Source of the DNA: an uncultured Polaribacter sp.
GTDB taxonomy: Bacteria > Bacteroidota > Bacteroidia > Flavobacteriales > Flavobacteriaceae
Assembly (NCBI RefSeq): GCF_947503875.1
Contig: NZ_CANNFH010000009.1
Location: forward strand, 654-64,653
Length of the DNA: 64,000 nucleotides
Direction of reading: 5' to 3'
Part shown: piece by piece, positions 9,169-22,400 of the stretch
Numbering within the stretch: the stretch's first letter is position 1
Layout of the letters: every line of letters starts with the position of its first letter
Notes under the pieces: generated by a model
Seen by the model: only the letters and a program-made list of their open reading frames with translations
Database searches by the model: none
Told to the model about the DNA's origin: nothing
Program-made: the position numbers and the translations under genes

Positions 9169-10725
9169 ATGAGCGAACAAAAAGAGTTTTTCGATTTTAT
9201 AAACGAAGGTTACAAAACAAAAGGAGATGCTATTGAACTAGGTGCTGCCATGTTAGGCGAAAAAACTGTAACAAACGCAATTGTAAAAGTTCCTTTAAAA
9301 ACCTTAAACAGACATGGTTTAATTGCAGGTGCAACTGGAACTGGTAAAACCAAAACATTACAAGTTTTAGCAGAAAATTTATCAGAAAAAGGTATCCCTG
9401 TTTTGTTAATGGATATAAAAGGAGACTTATCTGGTTTAGCAGCGCCTAGTCCTGGGCATGCTAAAATAGATGAGCGTCATGCAAAAATTGGTTTTCCGTT
9501 TACGGCAAAAAAATTTCCAATAGAGGTTTTAACCATTTCTGAACAAGATGGGACAAGATTACGTGCCACCATATCTGAATTTGGGCCTGTTCTGTTATCT
9601 AGAATTTTAGATTTAACGGAAACACAGAGTGGTATTGTTGCTATTATTTTTAAATATTGTGATGATAATAAGTTTCCGCTTTTAGATATTAAAGACTTTA
9701 AAAAAGTATTACAATTTGTTACCAATGAAGGTAAAGAAGAAATTCAGGCAGAATATGGCAGAATATCATCATCTTCTACAGGTGCAATTTTGCGTAAAAT
9801 TGTAGAAATAGAACAACAAGGAGGCGATTTATTTTTCGGCGAAAAATCTTTTGATGTAGAAGATTTAACTAGAACAGATAATGATGGTAAAGGAATAATA
9901 TCAGTTTTAAGATTAACGGACATACAAGATAAACCAAAGTTGTTCTCCACCTTTATGCTACAATTGTTAGCAGAAGTATACGAAACTTTTCCAGAACAAG
10001 GAGATGCAGATAAACCAGAACTAATTATTTTTATAGACGAAGCGCATTTGGTTTTTGAAGAAGCCACTAAAGCACTTTTAAATCAGATAGAAAGCATTGT
10101 AAAACTAATACGATCTAAAGGAATCGGTTTATATTTTGTTACACAAAACCCTAAAGACGTGCCTGAAGATATTTTGGCTCAACTGGGTTTAAAAGTGCAA
10201 CATGCTTTAAGAGCTTTTACCGCAAAAGATAGAAAAGCAATAAAACTTGCTGCAGAAAACTACCCAGATTCTAAATATTACAATACTAAAGACGTATTAA
10301 CACAATTAGGAATTGGAGAAGCATTTGTATCTGTATTAAACGAAAAGGGAATACCAACTCCTTTAGCAAGAACCATGTTAAGAGCACCAATGAGCAGAAT
10401 GGATGTTTTAACGACAAAAGAGCTTAAAAATGTAATTGGTAACTCTCGTTTATTTTACAAATACAACGAAAACTTAGACAGAGACAGTGCTTACGAACTT
10501 TTAAATGCTAAAATTGATAAAATAAATATTGCAGAAGCTAAAGCTATTGAAAAAGAAAAAAACCAAAAAGAAAAAGAGCGCTTGGATAAAGAAAGAGCTA
10601 AAGAAAGAGCTTCTAACTCCAGATCACGAAGAAGAAGCACTGCACAAAACCCTATTGTTAAAGTACTTACTAGTGCTACTTTTATTAGAGCTGCTTTTGG
10701 AATTTTAAAAAAAGTTTTAAAATAA
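9169..10725 (+). CDS. DUF853 / HerA-like ATPase (YjgR family)
   Basis: NRHGLIAGATGTGKT Walker A, FIDEAH Walker B, IRSKGIG and VTQNP motifs. Confidence 0.9.
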   Translation: MSEQKEFFDFINEGYKTKGDAIELGAAMLGEKTVTNAIVKVPLKTLNRHGLIAGATGTGKTKTLQVLAENLSEKGIPVLLMDIKGDLSGLAAPSPGHAKIDERHAKIGFPFTAKKFPIEVLTISEQDGTRLRATISEFGPVLLSRILDLTETQSGIVAIIFKYCDDNKFPLLDIKDFKKVLQFVTNEGKEEIQAEYGRISSSSTGAILRKIVEIEQQGGDLFFGEKSFDVEDLTRTDNDGKGIISVLRLTDIQDKPKLFSTFMLQLLAEVYETFPEQGDADKPELIIFIDEAHLVFEEATKALLNQIESIVKLIRSKGIGLYFVTQNPKDVPEDILAQLGLKVQHALRAFTAKDRKAIKLAAENYPDSKYYNTKDVLTQLGIGEAFVSVLNEKGIPTPLARTMLRAPMSRMDVLTTKELKNVIGNSRLFYKYNENLDRDSAYELLNAKIDKINIAEAKAIEKEKNQKEKERLDKERAKERASNSRSRRRSTAQNPIVKVLTSATFIRAAFGILKKVLK

Positions 10726-10768
10726 GAAAAACAAAAAAACTACGTTATTACAAGTATAAACTACCATA

Positions 10769-11335
10769 ATGATTCAAAAAAACATAGTACCTATTTTAGT
10801 AATTGCACTCTCTTTACTTCTAGTAAGTTGTGGTGACAGTGGAAAATTTAAAATTGAAAAAGGAAAAGTTGGCCATTTACACACCAAAACAACCATAACA
10901 GAATTAGATGCTATTTTTGCAAAAGATTCTATTGTAAAAAATTTAAGTGAAGGTGCTTTAGGTGATGATTATTTTCAAGATGATGACGAATATTTAATTT
11001 ATGAAAAAGGAGGAAATCTTTTATTAACCATTGTACCAAAACAACAATTAGATTCTGTTTCTACTATAAAAAGCATAGAAATTCATGATGCTAGATATAA
11101 AACAGAAACAGGAATTAATGTAAATGCAAGTTTTTCTGAAATAAATGTAAACAATAATATTAATCGCATAGAATCTACATTTTCTACGGCTACATTATTT
11201 ATAAACGACTATAATATAACTATTGCCATAGATAAAGAAGAACTAGGTTTAAGGGAATTTAGTACCCAAAAAGTTACCATAGAGCAAATACCAGATTTAG
11301 CCAAAATGAAATCTTTAGTAGTCTGGTTTAACTAG
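10769..11335 (+). CDS. Hypothetical lipoprotein
   Basis: Lipobox LLLVSC; 188 aa. Confidence 0.75.
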   Translation: MIQKNIVPILVIALSLLLVSCGDSGKFKIEKGKVGHLHTKTTITELDAIFAKDSIVKNLSEGALGDDYFQDDDEYLIYEKGGNLLLTIVPKQQLDSVSTIKSIEIHDARYKTETGINVNASFSEINVNNNINRIESTFSTATLFINDYNITIAIDKEELGLREFSTQKVTIEQIPDLAKMKSLVVWFN

Positions 11336-11436
11336 TGAAAGACTATTTTTAAAAGTTGCCTAGCTACACATTAAAAATTATAAGTTGAACTTACCAACTT
11401 AAATCATAGTGTTTGAATTTTAATTAAAAACTTAAA

Positions 11437-11464
11437 TAAAATCCTGCAATAAGCAGGATTTTTT
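11437..11464 (+). terminator. Intrinsic terminator
   Basis: aaaatcctgc-aataa-gcaggatttt hairpin. Confidence 0.7.
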
Positions 11465-11542
11465 AATTCAATAATACGAATAACAATAAATATTTTTTTT
11501 AAGAAAGAAGATGCTTAATTTAGTATTCATAAAAATTAAAAC

Positions 11543-11911
11543 ATGAGTAAAAAATACACTATTCAAAAATCTCCTTTTATAGTGCCCACAACAGATGGTA
11601 AATTAATAGAAGAACATTTTGGCAACGCAACAGACAGTAATAAACAGCTAAGTATTGCACATATGATTGCGCCTCCTGGTTGGAGTGAACCCTACCAAAC
11701 TCCAGAATTTGATGAATATACTTATATTATAAGAGGTAAAAAACAATTTATAATAGCAGACGAAAAAGTAATTTTAGAAGCAGGTCAGTCTATCAAAATT
11801 GAAAAAAACACTAGAATACAATACTCAAATCCCTTTGAAAACGAATGTGAATATATAGCCATTTGTTTACCTGCTTTTTCTATAGATTTGGTAAATAGGG
11901 AAGAAAATTAA
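11543..11911 (+). CDS. Cupin domain protein
   Basis: APPGWSEPYQTPEFDEYTYIIRG cupin motif. Confidence 0.85.
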   Translation: MSKKYTIQKSPFIVPTTDGKLIEEHFGNATDSNKQLSIAHMIAPPGWSEPYQTPEFDEYTYIIRGKKQFIIADEKVILEAGQSIKIEKNTRIQYSNPFENECEYIAICLPAFSIDLVNREEN

Positions 11912-11936
11912 TTGAATCAAACTAAAAACAAAAACA

Positions 11937-12833
11937 TTATTTCGTTTTAATAGGTAGTTTTCTATTCTTTTTTTTGTTGATATAATGTCTTAAAACACCA
12001 CCTTTAACCGTGTTTACATCAAATTCTATTATAAAGGCTTCGTCATCTATATCTTGCACAACTCTGTACATTTTTTTGATATCAATTCTATTAATTATAG
12101 AGTGAATAATATCAAAATCTTCTACTTTACCATTATTACCAAAACCAGAAGAGCCTTTGTAAATGGTTAATCCCACACCTAATTCTAGTAAAATTGCCTT
12201 TTTAATAACTGCGTGTTTTCTAGACACAATTGTAATTCCTATAAAATCTTCAAAACCTTCTATAACGGTGTCTGTTACTTTTGCTGCAATAATGTAGGTT
12301 AAAACCGAATACAGAGCAATTTCAATAGTTTCTACAAAGGCAGTAGCCGTAAATAATATGATATTAAAAAAGAGGACAATTTTACCAATACTTAAACCAA
12401 ATTTGTCATTTAAATAAATTCCTAAGATCTCAGAACCATCTAAAACAGATCCATTTCTAATGGCTATTCCAATTCCAGATCCTACCAATAAACCACCAAA
12501 AATAGAAATTAGTAGTTTATCATTTGTAATGGTTTGAAAATTCTCAAAATGAATAAAAAGTGCAACTCCAAGAATACTAATTATAGATTTTACAACAATT
12601 CTTTTAGAAACCGTAAAGTAGCCCAAAATTAAAAACGGTATGCTAAAAAGAACCAACAAATAAGACATATTAAGATCTACTTGTGTTCTTACCAAAAGTG
12701 CAATACCTGTAACACCGCCATCTAAAAAACCATTTGGCAATAAGAAAGCTTTTAACCCCAAACTAGTAAGTACTACACCAATAAATATTTGAAAATACTC
12801 GTTAAGATAATCGATGTTTTTTTGTCTCTTCAT
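11937..12833 (-). CDS. YitT family membrane protein (DUF161/DUF2179)
   Basis: FLLPNGFLDGGVTG and GSVLDGSEIL motifs, multiple TM segments, soluble C-terminal domain. Confidence 0.88.
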   Translation of the reverse strand: MKRQKNIDYLNEYFQIFIGVVLTSLGLKAFLLPNGFLDGGVTGIALLVRTQVDLNMSYLLVLFSIPFLILGYFTVSKRIVVKSIISILGVALFIHFENFQTITNDKLLISIFGGLLVGSGIGIAIRNGSVLDGSEILGIYLNDKFGLSIGKIVLFFNIILFTATAFVETIEIALYSVLTYIIAAKVTDTVIEGFEDFIGITIVSRKHAVIKKAILLELGVGLTIYKGSSGFGNNGKVEDFDIIHSIINRIDIKKMYRVVQDIDDEAFIIEFDVNTVKGGVLRHYINKKKNRKLPIKTK

Positions 12834-12839
12834 TTTCTT

Positions 12840-13718
12840 TTACTCTTGTTTTCTCTTACAAGATAACAAAGTATTTTTAAGTAGCATTGCAATAGTCATT
12901 GGTCCTACTCCACCAGGAACAGGCGTAATGTATTCCGATTTTTCTGCAACCTCTTTAAAAGCAACATCTCCCACTAATCTAAAACCACTTTTTTTAGAAG
13001 GATCTGCAAGCCTTGTAATACCTACATCTATAACAGTTACATTATTTTTAACCATATCTGCCTTTAAGAATTCTGGTATACCAATAGCAGCAACTATAAT
13101 ATCTGCTTGTAAGGTAATTTCTTTTAAATTCTTGGTTCTACTGTGGCACATGGTAACTGTTGCGTTACCTACAGTTCTTTTTTGAGAAAGTAAAATACTC
13201 ATTGGGCTACCAACAATATGACTTCTACCCAAAACCACAACATGTTTACCAGAAGTTTCTACTTTATAACGTTCTAATAATTCTAAAATACCATAAGGAG
13301 TTGCAGATATAAAAGTAGGTAAATTTAAAGCCATTTTACCCACGTTTGTTGGGTGAAAACCATCTACATCTTTATCTGGATCTACAGCCATTAATACTTT
13401 TTGTTCGTCTATATGTTTTGGCAATGGTAACTGTACAATAAAACCATCTATATCATTATCTACATTTAAAACTTCAATCTCATTTAACAATTCTTCCTCT
13501 GTAATGTTTTCTTCTAAACGAATTAAAGTAGATTCAAAACCAACACGATCACAAGCTTTTACCTTAGCGTTTACATAAGTAACACTTGCCCCATTATTGC
13601 CTACAATAATGGCTGCTAAATGAGGCGCTTTTAATCCATTATCTTTAATTTCTCTAACCTCTAGCGCAATTTCCTCCTTAATATCTGCTGCTGTTTTTTT
13701 TCCGTCAAGTAAAATCAT
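12840..13718 (-). CDS. folD: Bifunctional methylene-THF dehydrogenase/cyclohydrolase
   Basis: [26 protein letters not shown] and [11 protein letters not shown] motifs. Confidence 0.97.
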   Translation of the reverse strand: MILLDGKKTAADIKEEIALEVREIKDNGLKAPHLAAIIVGNNGASVTYVNAKVKACDRVGFESTLIRLEENITEEELLNEIEVLNVDNDIDGFIVQLPLPKHIDEQKVLMAVDPDKDVDGFHPTNVGKMALNLPTFISATPYGILELLERYKVETSGKHVVVLGRSHIVGSPMSILLSQKRTVGNATVTMCHSRTKNLKEITLQADIIVAAIGIPEFLKADMVKNNVTVIDVGITRLADPSKKSGFRLVGDVAFKEVAEKSEYITPVPGGVGPMTIAMLLKNTLLSCKRKQE

Positions 13719-13794
13719 TCGTCTGTTTTAATTCTTAATATTATTGCTTATATAATAAAAAAAGCCACTTTTTAGAGCAGCTTTTTAAATCATA

Positions 13795-15123
13795 CTATTT
13801 CATTCCTTGCATCATTTGCATCATTTTTTTGCCACCACCACCTTGCATCATTTTCATCATTTTGCTCATTTGGTTAAATTGTTTCATGAGCTGGTTTACC
13901 TCTTGTATAGAAGTACCAGAACCTTTAGCAATTCTTTTCTTTCTGCTTGCATTAATAGTAGTTGGTGTGCTTCTTTCAGATGGAGTCATAGAATGTATAA
14001 TTGCTTCAATACCTTTAAAAGCATCATCATCAATATCTACATCCTTTAAAGCTTTTCCAGCGCCAGGAATCATGCCCATAAGGTCTTTCATGCTTCCCAT
14101 TTTTTTAATTTGCTGAATTTGATTTAAAAAATCATCGAAACCAAATTGATTCTTAGCAATTTTTTTCTGTAGTTTCCTAGCTTCCTGCTCATCATATTGA
14201 TCTTGCGCTCTTTCTACTAAAGAAATAACATCTCCCATTCCAAGAATACGATCTGCCATTCTATCTGGATAGAAAACATCAATCGCATCCATTTTTTCTC
14301 CTGTACCAATAAATTTGATTGGTTTATCTACAACAGATTTAATAGATAAAGCTGCTCCACCTCGCGTATCTCCATCTAATTTTGTAAGAACAACACCATC
14401 AAAATTTAAAATATCATTAAAGGCTTTTGCTGTATTTACAGCATCTTGCCCTGTCATAGAATCTACTACAAACAAAGTTTCTTGTGGCGCTATAGCTTTA
14501 TGAATATTAGAAATCTCGGTCATCATTTCTTCATCTACTGCTAAACGACCAGCAGTATCTATAATAACCACATTTTTAGCATTTGCCTTGGCATGTTTTA
14601 TGGCATTCTGAGAAATTTCTACAGGATTGTTATTACCAACCTCTGCATAAACCTCTACCCCAATTTGCTCGCCAACAACTTGCAATTGATTAATTGCAGC
14701 AGGTCTATAAACATCACACCCTACTAAAAGGACTTGTTTTGCTTTCTTGTTTTTTAAGTAATTTGCTAATTTTCCAGAAAAGGTAGTTTTACCAGAACCT
14801 TGTAAACCAGACATTAAAATTATAGTTGGTGATCCTCCTAAATTTACACCTACAGTTTCACCTCCCATTAATTCTGTTAACTCGTCTTTTACGAGTTTTA
14901 CCATTAATTGCCCTGGATTTAAAGTAGTAAGTACGTCTTGGCCAATTGCTTTGGTTTGTACTTTTTTAGTAAATTCTTTAGCTATCTTAAAGTTTACATC
15001 GGCATCTAAAAGTGCTCTTCTAACTTCTTTTAAAGTTTCTGCAACATTAATTTCGGTAATTTTACCATATCCTTTAAGGGTATGTAAGGCTTTATCTAAC
15101 TTTTCGCTTAAATTATTAAACAT
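13795..15123 (-). CDS. ffh: Signal recognition particle protein
   Basis: GLQGSGKTT, DTAGR, TKLDGDTRGG motifs and Met-rich M domain. The start is placed at ATG 15123 (MFNNLSEK), with a TATATTTG promoter at 15148-15155. Confidence 0.97.
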   Translation of the reverse strand: MFNNLSEKLDKALHTLKGYGKITEINVAETLKEVRRALLDADVNFKIAKEFTKKVQTKAIGQDVLTTLNPGQLMVKLVKDELTELMGGETVGVNLGGSPTIILMSGLQGSGKTTFSGKLANYLKNKKAKQVLLVGCDVYRPAAINQLQVVGEQIGVEVYAEVGNNNPVEISQNAIKHAKANAKNVVIIDTAGRLAVDEEMMTEISNIHKAIAPQETLFVVDSMTGQDAVNTAKAFNDILNFDGVVLTKLDGDTRGGAALSIKSVVDKPIKFIGTGEKMDAIDVFYPDRMADRILGMGDVISLVERAQDQYDEQEARKLQKKIAKNQFGFDDFLNQIQQIKKMGSMKDLMGMIPGAGKALKDVDIDDDAFKGIEAIIHSMTPSERSTPTTINASRKKRIAKGSGTSIQEVNQLMKQFNQMSKMMKMMQGGGGKKMMQMMQGMK

Positions 15124-15425
15124 AATTTGTGTCTTTTTTAGGAAACACAAATATAAGAAATAAGCTTAATTTTAATAGGGTTCTGTTTCCTTTTTTAGTG
15201 ATGATTTCAATTTGAAAAATAAATTTTACTTTTTTAAAATTTAATAGAAATAGATTACTCTAAATTTTAAAGCTCAAAATTAAAATCTAACTTATAATTA
15301 TTATTATATTTTTAAAAGTGTGTGTTTATTTATGACTTTTTTTCATAAAAGTAGAAAATTAAATAATGAAAAGATTAAACAGGAGTAATGTAAAACTTTC
15401 ACAAAACCTATATAAAATAAATAAA

Positions 15426-16439
15426 CTAATAATTGTTAAACCTACTGTTTCTATTACTAGAGAAACGACCTGTTATTTTAGAAAAATCGAATACAACAAA
15501 AAGCTCAAAATAGTTGTAAGGAATACTCGTTACTTTTTTGCTGTCCATTTCAAAAGAATAGTTAAACCCTAGTTCTAACTGGTTATAAAAAACAGATGCA
15601 GTAGTGCCTAAAGTAGTTAAATTAACTGTTTTAAAATTATTTAAATGCTGATTTAATCCGAAAGAAAAATTATCTAACACAATTTCTTGATACATACTAA
15701 TTCGAGATTTAGTACTTTGTTTTGATAAAGAACCATAAAGAAATAAGTAAGAATTTTCTGGTAAAAAGCCTCTGTTTAATGGGTTTAAATCTAACTCATA
15801 TCCTGCTTGTAAAGACATAAAAAGGTCTTTTAAGTCTTTATCGACTTCATTTAAAGAAACATTTGGCTTGTTTATATGTTTAAAACTTAATCCAAAAAAC
15901 ATATTTTTATTGTTGTGCAAGTGCCCCGAAACACCAGAATCAAAATAACTAACTCTACTATTTGCATTTATAGGGTCTATAGAAAAACTAGATATATTAC
16001 CAGAAAAAACATCTATTTGATCGCCAAATACTAATGAAGAAAAATCTAATCTATTATTACCATAACCTAAAGTAAGAGACGCGTTTAAAGTCCAAAAATT
16101 AGACAATTGTACTTTATAAATATAATGTAGATTCGCCTGTGTAGCATTAAAACCCAAATCGGATATTTGAAACTGATTGACATCTAAAGCAATAGAAAAA
16201 TTGTAATCTTCAAAATAAAAAGAACTAAATGCAAAGGTATTTTGAATAAAATTATTTTCGTTTAACATTTTTTGGGTGGCATAAGAAACACCAATACTCG
16301 CTGCTTCTTTAAACCCGTAAAAACTTGGGTTTAATGTACCCAATAATTTATTCTGATTAGAGTATAAATACTCCTGAGCACTTATTGTTAAACTTAACAA
16401 TAGTGCAAATATCGTAGTATATGTATATTTCTTTTTCAT
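15426..16439 (-). CDS. PorP/SprF family T9SS membrane protein
   Basis: LNPSFYG, QANLHYIY, FGDQID, FKHINKPN motifs; lies directly downstream of a type B CTD protein. Confidence 0.88.
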   Translation of the reverse strand: MKKKYTYTTIFALLLSLTISAQEYLYSNQNKLLGTLNPSFYGFKEAASIGVSYATQKMLNENNFIQNTFAFSSFYFEDYNFSIALDVNQFQISDLGFNATQANLHYIYKVQLSNFWTLNASLTLGYGNNRLDFSSLVFGDQIDVFSGNISSFSIDPINANSRVSYFDSGVSGHLHNNKNMFFGLSFKHINKPNVSLNEVDKDLKDLFMSLQAGYELDLNPLNRGFLPENSYLFLYGSLSKQSTKSRISMYQEIVLDNFSFGLNQHLNNFKTVNLTTLGTTASVFYNQLELGFNYSFEMDSKKVTSIPYNYFELFVVFDFSKITGRFSSNRNSRFNNY

Positions 16440-16469
16440 AATTGAGGGACTATTTTTTTTGATTGATAA

Positions 16470-19400
16470 TTACTTAATAAGTAAAAATCTAATATTTTTT
16501 TCTACGACTTTATTATCAATTGTTTTACCTCTAAAATAACATCGATAATTACCAGTTTTTGGTTGTTCATTTAAAGGAGCTATACCATTCCAACCCCACG
16601 TGTCATCACTTTCTAAACTTAATGCATCTGCAGAGGTAAACTCATACACCATATTACCCATACTGTCATATATGTACATTGTTATTTCTGAAAATCCAAG
16701 ATGTTTTGGCCTAAACAAATCATTTATATTATCATTGTTAGGTGAAAAAGCAGTTGGAAACATAACCGTAGAACCTTTACCAATAAAAATTGTTTTGGTT
16801 ATAGTTGTTTCGCATCCTGAAGCATTAAATAAGGTAAGCTTAACGTTATAAATTCCGTCGTTTTGATAGGTATGAAAAACTGTTTTTAAGTTTTCTCCAT
16901 CTTTATTTGAAGCAATGTTTTCTGGATAATAAAAGGTTTTAAAAGGGGTATTATCATCAAAATCCCATTGAATATAACTGTATACATTAGGGTCATAAAT
17001 ACTGGTATCTATAAAACTAAGGTTGGTAAATTCGATGCTACTATTTACCTCGAAAAAGCCAAAATTTTCAAATTCAAAAGAGGTAAATTCAAAATCTGGT
17101 GCTAAGGTTGTAAAAATAATCTCTTCCGAAATTTTACATCCGCTGCTATTAGAAATTTCTAAAGTAGCATTTGTATCTGCTACATTACTAACTTCTAACT
17201 CATACAAGTTATTACCTAAGGCATTTGCTGGTAATGCGATTCCGTTTAAGGTAAACGTTAAATTTGTATCTGCAGAATTTACATCTACTAAAATTAAACC
17301 AGTATTGCCATCACACAAACTCTGCTCTACAACAACCTGTTCTATAGTAAACTGGTTGTCGTTTTCTATGGTAAATATAAAAGGCTCAGTAGTACAAGAT
17401 TTACTATCTGTAACAGATATTCTATAAACACCAACATCCAAACCACACATATTAAAATAGTTGTTATTGTCTGGTATTTTTACATTCCATTCTTGGGTTT
17501 GCGGATTGGAAATCTCTAATAGGAAATCGGTATAAATGCCCGTACCTCCAGAATACTCTAAATTGGCACACCCCAACTCTCCATTACAACCATTGGCCAA
17601 AGTAGTGTTTAATAAATTGATATTAATTGGCACTGCTGGGGTTATTGTAAAGGTTTCAGGAGTTGCTAAAACACAACCTAGCGCATCAGTAATATTTACA
17701 GTATAATCTCCGGGAACTAACCCGTTAATTTCTGTTTGATTTTGTCTAAAACCATTTGGACCTGTCCATTCTATATTATAAAAAACACCGCCATTATCGT
17801 CAATAAAAGGCAAACCACCATAAATATTGATCTCTATACTACCCAATTCATCTGTACAAGAAATCTGATTTACAGTGCTATTCATTGCAATTATAGAAGA
17901 TATTCTGAGAGAGCCACTTTCTATAGCGCCACAAGTATCAAAAGTTATATCATAATTAAAAACACCTGTTTCTGTTGCGGTGCCGCTAATAGTTAATAAA
18001 ACTCCTGTTGCTGTAATCGTTTTGGTATAAGAAACCCCATTTGGTAAACCAACAACATTAATACTATTGATATCTGTAATTGCTCCCGTAATTTTATAGA
18101 CCAAATCTTCTATAGGCAAATTAAAATTACATAGTATTTGGTTTTCTGTGCCACTCTCTAAAGTAACATCCAACGCAGCATACAAGTTTTCGATTACAAT
18201 AGGTAAACTATCACTACAATTAGAATTGTTTATTGTAGCTACATTAAAACTGAAAATACCTGTATTCTTTGGTGCTCCTGTTAACTCCCATAAACCAATA
18301 CTTGGGTCTATTTCTGTTGCTGTAATAAAGCTAGGAAGTAAAGCTAAATCTATTGTTGTGCCAATTGGCATAACAGTAAACTGAATTGGATTAATTTCAG
18401 CATTCTGACAAACAGATTGCGTTGTTGCACCAAAATTAGAATCTAAGACGATGGATGGTTTTTCTAAAATTTCTAGCTTAAAATCTGTAGTTACGGTAAC
18501 CCCACAATTGTTACTAATACCAATGGTATAAATAGTACTAATTGATTTTTCGGTTGCTGCACCAGAAATAACCAACTGACCATTGTTTTCTGAATAAGAA
18601 ATTCCTGCTGGTAAACTCGGCGTAAATGAAATATTAGTATTGTTTTCTGAAATTTTATAGCGTATATCTTCTATTTGATTTTCGATACAAGATTCTTGAT
18701 TAATACTACCACTCATTAAACTAATAAACGGATCTGCAATAACCTCTATAGTACCTTCTAAGAAATCGCTACACTCAGAATCTGATGTAATTGTATAGCT
18801 AAAGGTTCCTGAGCGTTCTGGAGTTCCGGTAATTTTAGCAGTACCTGTAGCAGTATCTGCAACAAAAGTAACTCCTTGTGGTAAAACACCAATTAACTTT
18901 AAGGTTTGGCCAGGATTTGCCTGATATTCAATAGGTGCTAATATACTATTATTACAAACCTCTTCGTCTTGATTACCGTTGATTAAAAAGATACTATTCG
19001 GATCTGTAATCGATATTAAACCACTCGTTGTAGAACTAGAACAATTACCTTGCACTGTAACAGTATAGTTATAATCTCCTGCAGTAGCACAACTACTTCC
19101 AGAAATAAGTACAATATTATTTTCTATCTCCCAAGTTACACCAGAAGGTAAACCAGTTACATTGGCACCAAAAGTATCGGCACTTAACTCAAATAGAATT
19201 GGTTCTATCGTTGCACATGAACAAATTGACTGATTTATTTCTGTATCAACCAATGGCGTAATACTTCCGCCGCTATTAACTGTTATAACCCCTGCATAAG
19301 TGCTATTACAAGCTCCATTTAAAACAGAAGAAGAAACTGTATAGTTAAAAGTACCTGCTACTGTTGGTGTGCCAGAAATAGTTAAAGTATTACCTGCAAA

Positions 19401-22400
19401 CGAACTAGTAACGCCACTTGGTAATCCTTCTACGTAAGCACTTAATATTGGAGAAACTGCACTAAAATAAATAGGGTTTATAGGTTCATTAACACAAACC
19501 GATTGAAATACCTCAGTATTGGCTACCGGTAAAATTTCTGAATCAAAAACAGTAACAGTGGCTTTTTTTGGCGTTTGTAGTATTGGGTTGTTACAATTCG
19601 CTAAACTACTATCTTTTACATCTATTAATTCTAAATTAAATACACCAGCGATGTCTGTGGAAATTGTTATTGCAACACTGTTATTGTCTGGTAGTGTAGT
19701 AACTTCTTTTACATTATTATTAACAAGGTAAGTAAATGTATAAGGTGCTGTTCCGTTTGATGCTTTAAATGTAATGCTTACATTTTCTGTGTTTAAACAA
19801 ACCTCGTAATCATTAACCCCTTCTATACTTGCTTTAATAGCTGGTTTTAAAACAACCGCAACTTGTGCAGTATTAGTACATCCGTTGGCGTCTGTACCTT
19901 GTAGGTATATGATTTGAGTAACCGCTGGTGTGTAAGTGTAAACATCACCAGTACTTAATATAGAAGTTGTACCAGTGCTATCTTTGGTATACCACTGATA
20001 ATTTTGCGCGCCAGAGGCATTTAAAACCAACTCACTTCCCTCACAAACAAAAATTTCACTTTCGTTGTTTTCTATTTGAACTAGCGGTAATGGGTTTTCT
20101 TTAACTTCTATAGGTTTTATTGTAAAGCAATTGTTTGCATTTGTTGCTTTAATGTAATAAATACCTTCGGAAGCTGTACTTGCTAATAAAAATGGTACAG
20201 TTGCATTTACATCTTCCCAATACGTGTAATTTAAGTTTATATCTGAACCTGCTGTATAAACAGGGTCTGTAAGATTTACAGTTTCTGAAGCGCAAATAGT
20301 TGCTGGATTGGTAATATTTAAAACAGGCTTTGCAAAAATATCTATGCTAATTTCCTTTGGCGTTGCAAAGGTATTCACACAGGTGTTTGGACCAGAATCT
20401 TTAACACTTAATAAACGATAGGTATAAGCACCTAGAGCATTCGAAAATAAACTTAATTGAACACTGCTTGAAGTTCCGTTTGTAGTTATTGTTTTTTCTG
20501 ATCCACCATTTACAGTATACGTAAATGTATAGGGTGCAATCCCGTTTTCTGCCTTGAAATTCACAAAACTATCTGCGCCATTTAAACAGGTATTTACACT
20601 ACTTTCTATATCTGCAGTAGCTAACGGATATACATCAACAACTATAGTCTCGGTTATTTGACATCCACTAGTATCGTTTTTTAAGGTTAAATTATAGGTA
20701 ACCGGTATTACAGCATTTGTTGTATTTTCTAGGGTTTCACTAATTGCACCTACTCCAGTGTCTGAAGAACCAATAATACCAAAACTAGCAACTCTAGACC
20801 AGTTTACTGCAGTCGTTTCTGTGCCCGATGTACTAATTTCTGGCACAAAATTAAAGGTACTACCAGAACAAATAGACGTTGTTGGAGTATTTATAATTTG
20901 AGGAATTGGTTTTACAATTATATTTATAGATACTGTATTCTTACAACTTTCTGGAGAAGTAATTGTATACACATAAGTCACCGTAATCGGTGTATTTGTT
21001 TCGTTTACTAAAATTTCATTTATACTCCCGCTTCCAGAACTTACTGGTGTAGCAATACCATTTACAAATTGACGTTCCCAAATAAAACTATTTGCTGTTG
21101 CACTAGTTGGTGTAAAAGAAAACAATTCATTAGAACAAATACTAGTAGCAGAAGGTGTGTTTGTAATTGTTGGTAAATTAATACCTGTAATTGTAAACGG
21201 TGCAGAGAAAGTACCGTTACCACAACTACTAACTCCTCTTACTTCTAATGTTTCTGAGGTTGTTAATGTTGTAAAATCTAAAGAAATACTATTACTATTA
21301 GTGTTTCTAATAGTTCCATCAGAAAGTCTCCAATCGTAGGTTATGGCATTTGGAATTGCAGCGACTGTATAGGTATTATCCGCACTTGGTATACATACAT
21401 TTAATGCCCCTGAGATCGCTGTTGCAACTGCAGGTGTTGGCAAGACCTCTACAGAAATAACTTCTGTATTATTACAACCTTCTGTAGTTGTTGGTAATGT
21501 AAGTTCGTAATTAACAGTTATTACATTGGCTGTTGTATTGGTTAAGTTTTCAAAAATAGTACCCGAACCAGAAGTAGTTGGTTCTTGTATACCAAAAATT
21601 GCTGCTCTAGACCATGATATAGTTCCAGAAATATCACTTGCTGGGGTAAAACTAAAAACACTTCCCGAACAAATTTCTGAATCGATTGGTGCATTCGTTA
21701 ATTGTGCAGCAGGGTTTACTGGTACTGTTATCAACTCTATATTGCTACAACCAGTTGTTGTAATTATTTCTATTTGATAAGTAACTGTTTTAACACTGCT
21801 AGTGGTATTGATTAAAACATCTTGCACAGCGCCATTTCCTAATGCTGTACCTTCTATTCCACTTTGCTGACTTCTTGTCCAAGAGAACGATGCACCTGCA
21901 ACACTGGTTGGTTGATAATTAAAAGTCTCTCCCGAGCAAATAGCACTATTGGAAATCGTACTCGTTAAAGTAGGCTTGGAAACTACTTCTACAAAAAATG
22001 CCAACGAGTCAATCCCAGCACCACAGCTATTAACCCCTTTTACGCTTAAATTACCACTAGGCAAAGTAGTACTTCCAACAATTGTAAGTATATTATCTAA
22101 GGTGGTTATAGTACTTCCGTCTGTTAAAGTCCAGATATAAGAAGTTGCATCTGCAATTACACCTGCTGTAAACATATAATCTTGCAGACTCTCACAAATT
22201 ACGCTTGGTCCGCTAATCGTAGTTACTTTTGGTATTGGTGCAATTGTAATGGGTAAAGTAGATAATTCGCCTACACCACAAGAATTTTTTGCAGCAACTG
22301 ATACAATACCTGATACTGCATTTTCTGAGTATTCTACAGTGATTGTATTTCCCGATTGCGACTGAATAGTAGCTCCTGAAGGAACACTCCATTGATAATC